NCBI GenBank assembly: GCA_902168195.1
Contig: CABHOJ010000062.1
Location: 1 to 63,541 of the forward strand
Source: an uncultured Methylotenera sp.
Lineage (GTDB): Bacteria; Pseudomonadota; Gammaproteobacteria; Burkholderiales; Methylophilaceae
Direction of reading: 5' to 3'
Length of the DNA: 63,541 nucleotides
The position numbers and the translations under genes are program-made. Each line of letters starts with the position of its first letter. Positions within the stretch are counted from its first letter, which is position 1. Shown piece by piece: positions 24,251-32,496 of the stretch. The notes below the pieces were generated by a model. It was given only the letters and a program-made list of their open reading frames with translations. It ran no database searches and had not been told where the DNA came from.

Positions 24251-25193
24251 TCCAGCCCGCTCGCTGCATGGCGATGCCATGGGCCCCGTGCTGCCATGCC
24301 GTTTGCAGATCCTGTGGCCGCATCCCGCCCAGTGCGTAGACCGGCATCGGCAAGCCCGCGGCCATCTCGGCGAATGCTGACCAGCCCAGGGTGTTTGCGC
24401 CGGGATGGCTGGCGGTGGGCAACACAGGCGAGAGCACGACGAGATCCAGTGCCAGTGCTGCAGCATGTGCAAGCTCCGCTGTGTTATGGCAAGAGGCGGC
24501 ACAAAGCAAGCCTTCCGGCTTTTGCCGCATGGACATCAATGCAGCCGCGGTCAGATGCACCCCATGGGCACCGGATCGTCTCGCGAGGTCGATATCCGTG
24601 TTCACCAGCACGCGTGCGCCACAGGCATTCGCCATGGCCACCACACGCTGCAATAGAGGGAGTTGCACTTCGCCTGACAGTTGCTTCTCACGCCACTGCA
24701 GCAAGCGCAGGCCTTGGTCGAACGCCTGCGCAAGCGCGGTCATGAATCCGGCTTCGCCCATTTCGGCTAGATTGGAGATCGCATAGGTGCTGGGTAGCTG
24801 CAAGGCCCCGAGGATGGGCACATTCGCCGGCAGCAGTGGCGCGACCGTCAATACCGCAGGCTGTTGCCACGACAATTGCTGCCCTTCTCGTCCGTGCGGT
24901 TCACCCTGCCATTGCCGCACCATGAAAAAATTTAGGCGTACGGTACGTTCCGGGTAAGCGAACGTGCGGGTCAGCCAGGGTGTCGCCTCGGTGACCTCGA
25001 TCCCGAGCTCTTCGTGCAACTCCCGCTCAAGCGCACGCAGCGGCGTCTCGCCATCCTCGATCTTGCCACCCGGGAATTCCCACCAGCCGGCCCACGGCTT
25101 ACCTTCCGGGCGCTGGCCGAGCAACACGCTGCCATCGCTGCGCTGCAGCACGGCGACAGCGGCGTGCACGATTGCCATTGTGTCTTGTGTCAT
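24243..25193 (-). CDS. Nudix (MutT-like) hydrolase fused to a thiamine-phosphate-synthase-like (TMP-TENI) domain
   Basis: Nudix box GGKIEDGETPLRALERELHEELG at the N-terminus. The C-terminal half is ThiE-like (GAHGVHL..., YALGGM). Confidence 0.8.
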   Translation of the reverse strand: MTQDTMAIVHAAVAVLQRSDGSVLLGQRPEGKPWAGWWEFPGGKIEDGETPLRALERELHEELGIEVTEATPWLTRTFAYPERTVRLNFFMVRQWQGEPHGREGQQLSWQQPAVLTVAPLLPANVPILGALQLPSTYAISNLAEMGEAGFMTALAQAFDQGLRLLQWREKQLSGEVQLPLLQRVVAMANACGARVLVNTDIDLARRSGAHGVHLTAAALMSMRQKPEGLLCAASCHNTAELAHAAALALDLVVLSPVLPTASHPGANTLGWSAFAEMAAGLPMPVYALGGMRPQDLQTAWQHGAHGIAMQRAGWNE

Positions 25194-25202
25194 GCAGTTA
25201 GG

Positions 25203-26072
25203 TTATTTCTTGGCAGCCAACGCCGCGCGGCCGGCGAAATCGCGGGCGAACTGATGCGCCGAACGCCCGCTGCGCGAACCGCGGGTCAACGCCCACTGCA
25301 AGGCTGCGCCGCGCGTCTGGTCGTCGAAGCCCTTGATGCCGTAATGTTTGAGCCATTGTTCTGCGATCACCAGGTATTCGTCCTGTGCGAACGGATAGAA
25401 GGAGAGCCAGATGCCGAAACGGTCGGACAGGGAGACTTTCTCCTCGACCGCTTCCGCGGGGCGGATCTCGTCGCCCTGATACTTGGTCTCGAGGTTCTCC
25501 GCCATATATTCCGGCATCAGGTGTCGCCGGTTGGAGGTGGCATAGACCAGGATGTTATCCGAGGTGGTCGCGACCGAGCCGTCTAGCACCACTTTCAAGG
25601 CTTTGTAACCGGGTTCGCCGGACTCGAACGACAGGTCGTCACAGAAGACGATGAACCGCTCCTCGCGGGCGCGCAGCAAGGCTGTGATCTGCGGCAGGTC
25701 GGTCAGATCCTGCTTGTCGACTTCGACGATGCGCAAACCATGTTTGGAGAACTTACTGAGCAAGGCCTTCACCAGGGAGGATTTCCCCGTGCCGCGCGCG
25801 CCGGTGAGCAAGACGTTATTCGCCGTGTAGCCTTTGACGAATTGCTCGGTGTTCTGCACGATGGCCGCCTTCTGCTCATCGACGTTATGGATATCTTCCA
25901 GCGTGATCTGGTGCGGGAACGCCACCGGCTCCATGTAGCCGCGCCCCCCATTGTGCTGCCAGCGCCAGGCCAGCGCAGACCAATCGGGGACCGCGGGTGC
26001 ACCTTGCATCAGCCCTTCAAGACGGGTGAGCAACCCGTCGACACGCTGTAGGATATGGTCGGCATTCGCCAT
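25203..26072 (-). CDS. P-loop ATPase of the DUF815 family
   Basis: 289 aa with Walker A LLTGARGTGKSSLVKALL and Walker B-like FIVFCDDLSF. Confidence 0.7.
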   Translation of the reverse strand: MANADHILQRVDGLLTRLEGLMQGAPAVPDWSALAWRWQHNGGRGYMEPVAFPHQITLEDIHNVDEQKAAIVQNTEQFVKGYTANNVLLTGARGTGKSSLVKALLSKFSKHGLRIVEVDKQDLTDLPQITALLRAREERFIVFCDDLSFESGEPGYKALKVVLDGSVATTSDNILVYATSNRRHLMPEYMAENLETKYQGDEIRPAEAVEEKVSLSDRFGIWLSFYPFAQDEYLVIAEQWLKHYGIKGFDDQTRGAALQWALTRGSRSGRSAHQFARDFAGRAALAAKK

Positions 26073-26075
26073 GCA

Positions 26076-27305
26076 TCAGCTCCTATAATCCGCGTTGATC
26101 TTCACGTAATCGTAGGAGAAATCACAGGTCCAGACTGTCGCCTGGGCATGGCCGCGCGCGAGGACGACGCGTACGGTGATGTCCGACGCCTGCATGACCG
26201 CCGCACCTTGTGCCTCTTCATAACTGGTTGCGCGGCCACCTTGCTCGGCCACCAGCACATCGCCTAGATACAGGCTGAGCTTATAGACGTCGAGATCGTC
26301 GATCCCGGCATACCCGATCGCAGCGAGGATACGGCCGAGATTGGGATCCGAAGCGAAGAACGCGGTCTTGATCAAAGGTGAGTGCGCGATGGCATAGGCC
26401 ACCTTGCGGCATTCTTCTTCGTCCTTGCCGGCTTCGACCTGGATGGTCATGAACTTGGTCGCGCCTTCCCCGTCGCGCACGATGGCTTGCGCCAGCAGGG
26501 TAGCCACTTCGGTCATGGCGTCCCGCAGTGTCAGGAAATCGGCATCGGTCTCCGAAACGATCTCGGCGTGACCGGCTTGAGCCGTCGCCATCAGGATTAA
26601 CGAATCGTTGGTCGAGGTATCGCCATCTACAGTGATGCAGTTGAACGACCGGTTCACCGCATGGTGGATGATGTTTTCCAGCATCGCCTGGCTGACGGCA
26701 GCATCGGTCGCGATGTAACCCAGCATGGTCGCCATGTTCGGATGGATCATGCCGGAACCTTTGGAGATGCCGGTGATGGTGACGGCCTTGCCTCCGATCG
26801 TGACTTGTTTCGATACGCCTTTGGCGACGATATCAGTGGTCATGATGGCTTCCGCCGCATCCAGCCAGCGGTCTTCCTCAAGGTTGGCGACGCAGCCCGG
26901 CAACCCAGCCAGCAGGCGATCCATGGGCAGGGGCTCGAGAATGACGCCGGTCGAGAACGGTAATACCTGTGCTGCTGAACATCCCAGGAGGTTCGCCAGC
27001 TCCGCGCAGGTGGTACGGGCATTCTGCATGCCCGACTCGCCTGTCCCGGCATTCGCGTTGCCGGTGTTGACGACCAAGGCGCGGATCTCGGTCTGTTGCG
27101 ATAGATGTTCCTTGCATAAGGTCACCGGGGCGGCACAGAAGCGGTTCTTGGTGAATACCCCCGCCACACGTGTACCCTCCGCCAGCTTCATCACCAGCAT
27201 ATCCTTGCGATCGGGTTTACGGATACCGGCTTTGGCGATACCCAGCTGGACGCCGCGCACGGGCAGAAGGTCATGCGCCTGCGGCGCAGATAATTTCACT
27301 GGCAT
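26076..27305 (-). CDS. argJ: Bifunctional glutamate N-acetyltransferase / amino-acid acetyltransferase
   Basis: 409 aa with self-cleavage site [15 protein letters not shown]. Confidence 0.95.
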   Translation of the reverse strand: MPVKLSAPQAHDLLPVRGVQLGIAKAGIRKPDRKDMLVMKLAEGTRVAGVFTKNRFCAAPVTLCKEHLSQQTEIRALVVNTGNANAGTGESGMQNARTTCAELANLLGCSAAQVLPFSTGVILEPLPMDRLLAGLPGCVANLEEDRWLDAAEAIMTTDIVAKGVSKQVTIGGKAVTITGISKGSGMIHPNMATMLGYIATDAAVSQAMLENIIHHAVNRSFNCITVDGDTSTNDSLILMATAQAGHAEIVSETDADFLTLRDAMTEVATLLAQAIVRDGEGATKFMTIQVEAGKDEEECRKVAYAIAHSPLIKTAFFASDPNLGRILAAIGYAGIDDLDVYKLSLYLGDVLVAEQGGRATSYEEAQGAAVMQASDITVRVVLARGHAQATVWTCDFSYDYVKINADYRS

Positions 27306-27447
27306 GGTGACTTTCGATCAGGATGGCAAAAATCCGATTTTACCGCATTCAAAGCCGTTATTCAGGTCACGCGTTCAATTGACTTTGAGGCGCGCTGTGA
27401 TAGTGTTGGCATATCAAAAATGTTTTCCGCTCATAAGGTTAACGCGC

Positions 27448-29829
27448 ATGAATAATCCCGCCATTGTTCAAGAAAAAGAAGCGGCCAGCCTCGCCGAGAT
27501 GGGCAACAAACTTGCCTTCACCAAGAAGCTGCAAGCGGTCACCAACAAGATCCACGCCACACGCAATATCGACGAGATCATCCTCGAAGTCAGCCAGGAC
27601 ATCCGCGCCCTATTCGAAGCCGAGCGACTGACACTCTATGTGACCAATGAAGACAACTCCGCCATCGTTTCCAAGGTCAAGACCGGGCTTAACGAATTCA
27701 AGGAACTGAAGCTCGCCATCAACCCACAGAGTATCGCGGGCTATGTCGCCTTCAACAAGACCATCCTCAACATCGCGGACGTCTACGACGACGCCGAACT
27801 GGAAAGGATCAGCCCGGAGATCCACTTCCTCAAGGAGGTCGACAAGAAGACCGGTTTCCGCACCAAGCAGATGCTGATCTTCCCTATCCTCAGTCAGGAA
27901 GACGGCGCCCTCATGGGCGTGGTGCAGGTGATCAACACCATGTCCGGCCTACCCTTCCCGCAGATGGCGGAAGAAGGTGCGCCGGAGCTGGCGAAGACCC
28001 TGGCCATCGCACTCAATCAGCGCCAGGCGCCGATCGGCGTCGTGAAGACCAAATTCGACACCCTGGTCACCGAAGGCATCATCTCCAGCACCGAACTCGA
28101 ACTCGCGCAACGCTCCGCGCGCAAGAAGGGCAAGGATCTGGAGGAAGTCCTGATCGAAGAGTTCCAGGTCAAACCGACGGATATCGGCAAATCGCTCTCC
28201 ACATTCTTCGGTGTGCCGCTGGAACCGTTCAAGGTCGACCGCGTGAAACCGATGGATCTGCTGAAGAACCTGAAACCCGATTATGTCCTATCCAACGGCT
28301 GGCTACCGATCGACGAGACTAAGGAAGAAGGTCTGGTAATCCTGACCGCAGACCCGGAGAAAGTCCGCGCCTCGCGCATCGTCAGCAACATCTTCCCGCG
28401 CCACGCCAAGATCACCTATAAAGTCTGCCTGCATCGCGATTTCACCAATACCGTCAATCAGTTCTACGGCGTGAACAGCCTGTCCGGAGACATCGACGAC
28501 ATCCTGTCGACCATGGGCGAGGATGAGGAAGACACAGGGGGGATCGGTGCCGAAGACATCTCGGCCGCGGCGGACAACGAGCTGGTCAAGCTGGTGAACA
28601 AGATCATCATCGATGCCTATAACCAGGGCGCATCGGACATCCATATCGAGCCCTATCCGGACAAAGGCAAGACCGAGGTGCGCTTCCGCAAGGACGGTAC
28701 GCTGGTCAATTACATCGAGATCCCGCCGAGTTATCGCAATGCCATCATCGCCCGCATCAAGATCATGTGCGACCTCGATATCGCCGAGCGACGCAAACCG
28801 CAGGACGGCAAGATCAAGTTCAAGAAGTACGGCCCGCTCGATATCGAATTACGGGTGGCGACCATCCCTACCGCAGGCGGCATCGAGGATATCGTCATGC
28901 GGATATTGGCCGCCGGCAAACCGATCCCGCTTGATAAACTCGGCCTGTCAGAGCACAACAACAAAAAACTGAAGGAGCTGGTCGCCAAGCCTTACGGCCT
29001 GTTCTTCGTCTGCGGCCCCACCGGCTCCGGCAAGACCACGACGCTGCATTCCGCGCTCGGCTATATCAATACGCCGGAGACCAAGATCTGGACGGCGGAA
29101 GACCCGGTCGAAATCACGCAGAAGGGCTTGCGTCAGGTGCAGGTCAACAAAAAGGCCGGCCTCGATTTCGCCATGGTGATGAAGGCGTTCCTGCGTGCCG
29201 ACCCTGACGTCATCATGGTCGGCGAAATGCGCGACAAGGAAACGGTCTCGACCGGCATCGAGGCCTCTCTCACCGGCCACCTGGTGTTCGCCACGCTACA
29301 TACCAACAGCGCGCCGGAATCCATCGTGCGCTTGCTGGACATGGGCATGGACCCCTTCAATTTCGCCGATGCCCTGCTCGGCATCCTGGCACAGCGTCTG
29401 GGCAAACGCCTTTGCGAATGTAAGAAGCCCTACACGCCGGCGCCGGAAGAGATCAAGAGCATGCTCAACGAGTATTGCGAGGAATTGAAGAATACCAGCA
29501 CTTGGAAGAAGGATCCGGAAGCCGCCTACAAGGCAGTCTACCAGAACTGGGTGAAGAGTTTCGGCAACGACAAGGGCCAGCTCACCCTCTACAAGGCGAC
29601 CGGTTGCGATAAATGCAACAGTTCGGGCTACAAGGGTCGGGTCGGCCTGCATGAACTATTAGAAGGTACGGATGCCGTAAAGAAGAACATCCAGGAACAT
29701 GCGCGCGTGGCCGAGATGTTCGCCACGGCGCTGGAAGACGGGATGCGCACCTTGAAGCAGGACGGCATCGAAAAAGTACTGCAGGGCATCACGGACATGA
29801 AGCAGGTGCGTGCCGTCTGTATCAAATAA
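27448..29829 (+). CDS. GAF domain + T2SSE_N domain + GspE/PilB-family secretion/pilus ATPase (793 aa)
   Basis: I trimmed the start to MNNPAIVQEKEAASL; the upstream part of the track ORF is antisense to argJ. N-terminal GAF-like ~170 aa. Walker A GPTGSGKTTT. Asp box and Walker B MVGEMRD. His box TGHLVFATLHTN. Tetracysteine CEC...CDKC. Confidence 0.85.
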   Translation: MNNPAIVQEKEAASLAEMGNKLAFTKKLQAVTNKIHATRNIDEIILEVSQDIRALFEAERLTLYVTNEDNSAIVSKVKTGLNEFKELKLAINPQSIAGYVAFNKTILNIADVYDDAELERISPEIHFLKEVDKKTGFRTKQMLIFPILSQEDGALMGVVQVINTMSGLPFPQMAEEGAPELAKTLAIALNQRQAPIGVVKTKFDTLVTEGIISSTELELAQRSARKKGKDLEEVLIEEFQVKPTDIGKSLSTFFGVPLEPFKVDRVKPMDLLKNLKPDYVLSNGWLPIDETKEEGLVILTADPEKVRASRIVSNIFPRHAKITYKVCLHRDFTNTVNQFYGVNSLSGDIDDILSTMGEDEEDTGGIGAEDISAAADNELVKLVNKIIIDAYNQGASDIHIEPYPDKGKTEVRFRKDGTLVNYIEIPPSYRNAIIARIKIMCDLDIAERRKPQDGKIKFKKYGPLDIELRVATIPTAGGIEDIVMRILAAGKPIPLDKLGLSEHNNKKLKELVAKPYGLFFVCGPTGSGKTTTLHSALGYINTPETKIWTAEDPVEITQKGLRQVQVNKKAGLDFAMVMKAFLRADPDVIMVGEMRDKETVSTGIEASLTGHLVFATLHTNSAPESIVRLLDMGMDPFNFADALLGILAQRLGKRLCECKKPYTPAPEEIKSMLNEYCEELKNTSTWKKDPEAAYKAVYQNWVKSFGNDKGQLTLYKATGCDKCNSSGYKGRVGLHELLEGTDAVKKNIQEHARVAEMFATALEDGMRTLKQDGIEKVLQGITDMKQVRAVCIK

Positions 29830-29940
29830 GACGGTGCGTGCCCTGCTACCCGGTCAACCTGCGATGAATACCTACAGAGCTGGGTAAACGCCAATACCTG
29901 ACATCTCCGGGGAGTCTTAAGTCGTAGAGGAGAAGACTTG

Positions 29941-31389
29941 ATGGACAAGAACAAGATCGCGCCGATCGCCAAGCCGGCTGAGAGCGCACAGGAAGCGGAT
30001 TTCCGTATCGTCGCTGAAGATGCCCCGGTGATGCTGTGGCTCACCAATGCCGATGGCAAGGTCGTCTTCACCAATTCCAAATGGAAACGTTTCGTCGGCC
30101 GCGAGAAGGAGGCTGGCCAGATCGGTGGTGACGCCTGGATCACGGCCTTGCATCCGGACGACCTCGAGCCGTGCATGACCATCTTCAACGAGGCGTTCGC
30201 CAACCACCAGCATTTCGATATGGAATACCGGTTGCGGCGCGCCGATGGCCAGTACCGTTACGTGCTGGATACGGGCGAGCCCTACATCAACAAGGAAGGC
30301 AAGTTCGCGGGCTTCATCGGCTCCTCGACCGATATCACCGACCGCAAGAACCACGAGAACCAGTTACGGTTATCCCAGCTGGAAATGGCACAGCACAACC
30401 GCGAGATGCAGTTCATCAATGAGCTCAACTCCTACCTGCAGGTCTGTCGCTCACTGGAAGAGACGCACGCCATCATCCAGCATTACGCCAAGAAGATCTT
30501 CGCCGACTATTCCGGCGTGCTCTACCTGTTCGATGAGAGCCATACCACAGTCGACGCCGTGGTCCATTGGGGCAGTGACAATCGGCCACCACCCCCTGTC
30601 ATCTCACCCGACGATTGCTGGGGCCTGCGGCAAGGCAAGTTGCATAGCACGGATGGCACCGACAACGTCATCGTCTGCAACCATATCCAGGGACGCTGCG
30701 AGCATGGGTATGTCTGTGCGCCGGTGATCGCCCAAGGCGAGATGATCGGCGTATTGTCCGTAACGCTAGGGGATGGCCGGGCGGCAGCGGTGCCCCGGTC
30801 ACCCGAATCGGTGACCCGCCTGATCGCGATGGCTGCCGATAACCTGGCGATGGCGCTGGTCAGTCTGAAACTGCGCGAAGCCCTGCGTAGCCGCTCCGTG
30901 CGCGATCCGCTGACGACGTTATTCAATCGTCGTTACCTGGAAGAGACCCTGACGCGCGAACTCTCTAACAGCCAGCGCAACAACCAGAACCTCGGCATCA
31001 TCATGCTGGATATCGATCATTTCAAGCAGTACAACGATACCCATGGGCATGACGCAGGGGATTTCGTGCTGCAGGAGATGGCTGAATTGCTGCGTTCAAA
31101 ACTGCGGCTCGGCGATATCGCCTGCCGCTATGGTGGCGAGGAGCTGATCATGGTCATGCCGGGGGCAACCAAGCAGATCACGGCGAACCGGGCGGAGCTG
31201 ATGCGCGCGGCGATCGCCCAGCACGAGTTCATCTATAAAGGGAAACCACTGGACAGCGTGACGGCGTCTTTCGGGGTATCGAATTACCCGGCGGATGGCG
31301 AAAGCTGCGAGAGCCTGATCAAGAGTGCTGACGAGGCACTCTATGACGCCAAGGCCGCGGGCAGGAACTGCGTGAAGTTAGCCGAGTGA
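29941..31389 (+). CDS. PAS-GAF-GGDEF diguanylate cyclase (GGEEL active-site variant, intact RxxD I-site)
   Basis: The PAS domain includes MLWLTNADGKVVFTNSKW...DITDRK. The catalytic region is RLGDIACRYGGEELIMV. GAGGAG lies 8 nt upstream of the ATG at 29941; the track starts at a TTG at 29938. Confidence 0.88.
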   Translation: MDKNKIAPIAKPAESAQEADFRIVAEDAPVMLWLTNADGKVVFTNSKWKRFVGREKEAGQIGGDAWITALHPDDLEPCMTIFNEAFANHQHFDMEYRLRRADGQYRYVLDTGEPYINKEGKFAGFIGSSTDITDRKNHENQLRLSQLEMAQHNREMQFINELNSYLQVCRSLEETHAIIQHYAKKIFADYSGVLYLFDESHTTVDAVVHWGSDNRPPPPVISPDDCWGLRQGKLHSTDGTDNVIVCNHIQGRCEHGYVCAPVIAQGEMIGVLSVTLGDGRAAAVPRSPESVTRLIAMAADNLAMALVSLKLREALRSRSVRDPLTTLFNRRYLEETLTRELSNSQRNNQNLGIIMLDIDHFKQYNDTHGHDAGDFVLQEMAELLRSKLRLGDIACRYGGEELIMVMPGATKQITANRAELMRAAIAQHEFIYKGKPLDSVTASFGVSNYPADGESCESLIKSADEALYDAKAAGRNCVKLAE

Positions 31390-31411
31390 TATGCCCTAGC
31401 CTACGGCATGC

Positions 31412-31762
31412 CTAGCGGTCGGTGCTGACCAGTTCGAAATAGACATCGTTGACGGCTTTCGAGAAAGCCTCGGCCTGATTCGCCTCGCATTTGGCCATCA
31501 CCATCTGCATGATGCGGTCCGGCAACATGGTGCTACCGGCATTGACGTTCCCACGCTTGGAGCGCGCACCATGCACGACATTAGCCCCGGAGAAATACCC
31601 TTGGACCCAGTGACGTGCTTCCTGCGCGGTCAGGGTCTTTTCCTGAAGACTGGCGTTCACCTCGGCGCAGGTCTGGGCACCAAGACCTGAGACATAACCA
31701 TCAGCAGCTTGCGCGCTGGTCGCGGCCAGCAGGATGACGGTGGTGATGGCGATTTTCAGCAT
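31412..31762 (-). CDS. Secreted hypothetical protein (116 aa, two Cys)
   Basis: I trimmed the start to MLKIAITTVILLAATSAQA (signal peptide). I recognise no family. Confidence 0.5.
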   Translation of the reverse strand: MLKIAITTVILLAATSAQAADGYVSGLGAQTCAEVNASLQEKTLTAQEARHWVQGYFSGANVVHGARSKRGNVNAGSTMLPDRIMQMVMAKCEANQAEAFSKAVNDVYFELVSTDR

Positions 31763-31798
31763 GGGTGATGTCCTGTTCAAGAATGCGGCAGTGTAAAC

Positions 31799-31821
31799 AA
31801 AAAAGCCGGACGCGTCCGGCT
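31799..31821 (-). terminator. Rho-independent terminator ending the amt operon
   Basis: On the minus strand: the 18-nt palindrome AGCCGGACGCGTCCGGCT followed by TTTTTT. Confidence 0.75.
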
Positions 31822-31876
31822 TTCTGTAGATCACTTCAGGCTTCTATCGTTCAGTCTGTCAGCCTGCTAGCCTCAC

Positions 31877-32086
31877 TCAGTCGAATACAGCGAGGTCGAT
31901 CTGGCGTTGCTCGCATTGTTCGACGGTCTGGCGACGCTCGGCGTTGCTCATGTCCCACCATTGACGGATCTCGTCGATCGTCCGATAGCAACCGAGACAA
32001 TACCCCGTCTCTTCACTCATCGCGCAAATCCCCACGCAGGGGGATTGCACCTCTTCACCGCTCGATTCCAGCACACTCATGACCAC
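31877..32086 (-). CDS. DUF1289 family Cys-motif protein (YdhL-like)
   Basis: 69 aa, SPCVGICAMSEETGYCLGCYRTIDEIRQW. Confidence 0.75.
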   Translation of the reverse strand: MVMSVLESSGEEVQSPCVGICAMSEETGYCLGCYRTIDEIRQWWDMSNAERRQTVEQCEQRQIDLAVFD

Positions 32087-32160
32087 GCCAATTCAGAAAT
32101 GACAAAGCGACATTATATCGAAAATGCCGGCCCCGTTTCAGGGCCGGTGTCGCGACAGCG

Positions 32161-32496
32161 TTATCTCAAGGCGCCGATATAGCGGCTGGCGGTAGAAGGC
32201 AGGTCTTCTTCATCCGGCTCCTCGAACACCGGCACGTTACCGACATCCGTTGTCGTCTCGACGACAACGGGTTTGACGATGGGGGCGACCGGCGACGTCA
32301 CGCCGAACACCAGTTCCTCATAACGGTCGGCGTAATGCTTCAATTCCTCGGAGCCCTGCTGGCGCGCCAGGTGGATCACCTCGCGTGCATACTCTTCGTT
32401 CTTGCTCATCCACTCGACATCGATCACCCGATTGGCGCTACGACGCAAGGTGACATAGAGGTGAGCGGCGATCCCGGTTTTTTCAGCTTCAGTCAT
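32161..32496 (-). CDS. Hypothetical soluble protein with acidic C-terminal tail, translationally coupled to amt
   Basis: Its ATG shares one base with the amt TGA (TGATG), and AAGGG lies upstream. It is 111 aa, or 112 from the overlapping GTG. It does not resemble PII. Confidence 0.6.
   Translation of the reverse strand: MTEAEKTGIAAHLYVTLRRSANRVIDVEWMSKNEEYAREVIHLARQQGSEELKHYADRYEELVFGVTSPVAPIVKPVVVETTTDVGNVPVFEEPDEEDLPSTASRYIGALR

Noticed and set aside
26725-27447. A 241-codon N-terminal extension of the GspE-like ORF in the track, giving a 1034-aa protein.
   Set aside because: The extension runs antisense through argJ and across the intergenic region. The recognisable protein starts at MNNPAIVQEKE (ATG at 27448). 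The extension is a read-through artefact of the ORF finder.
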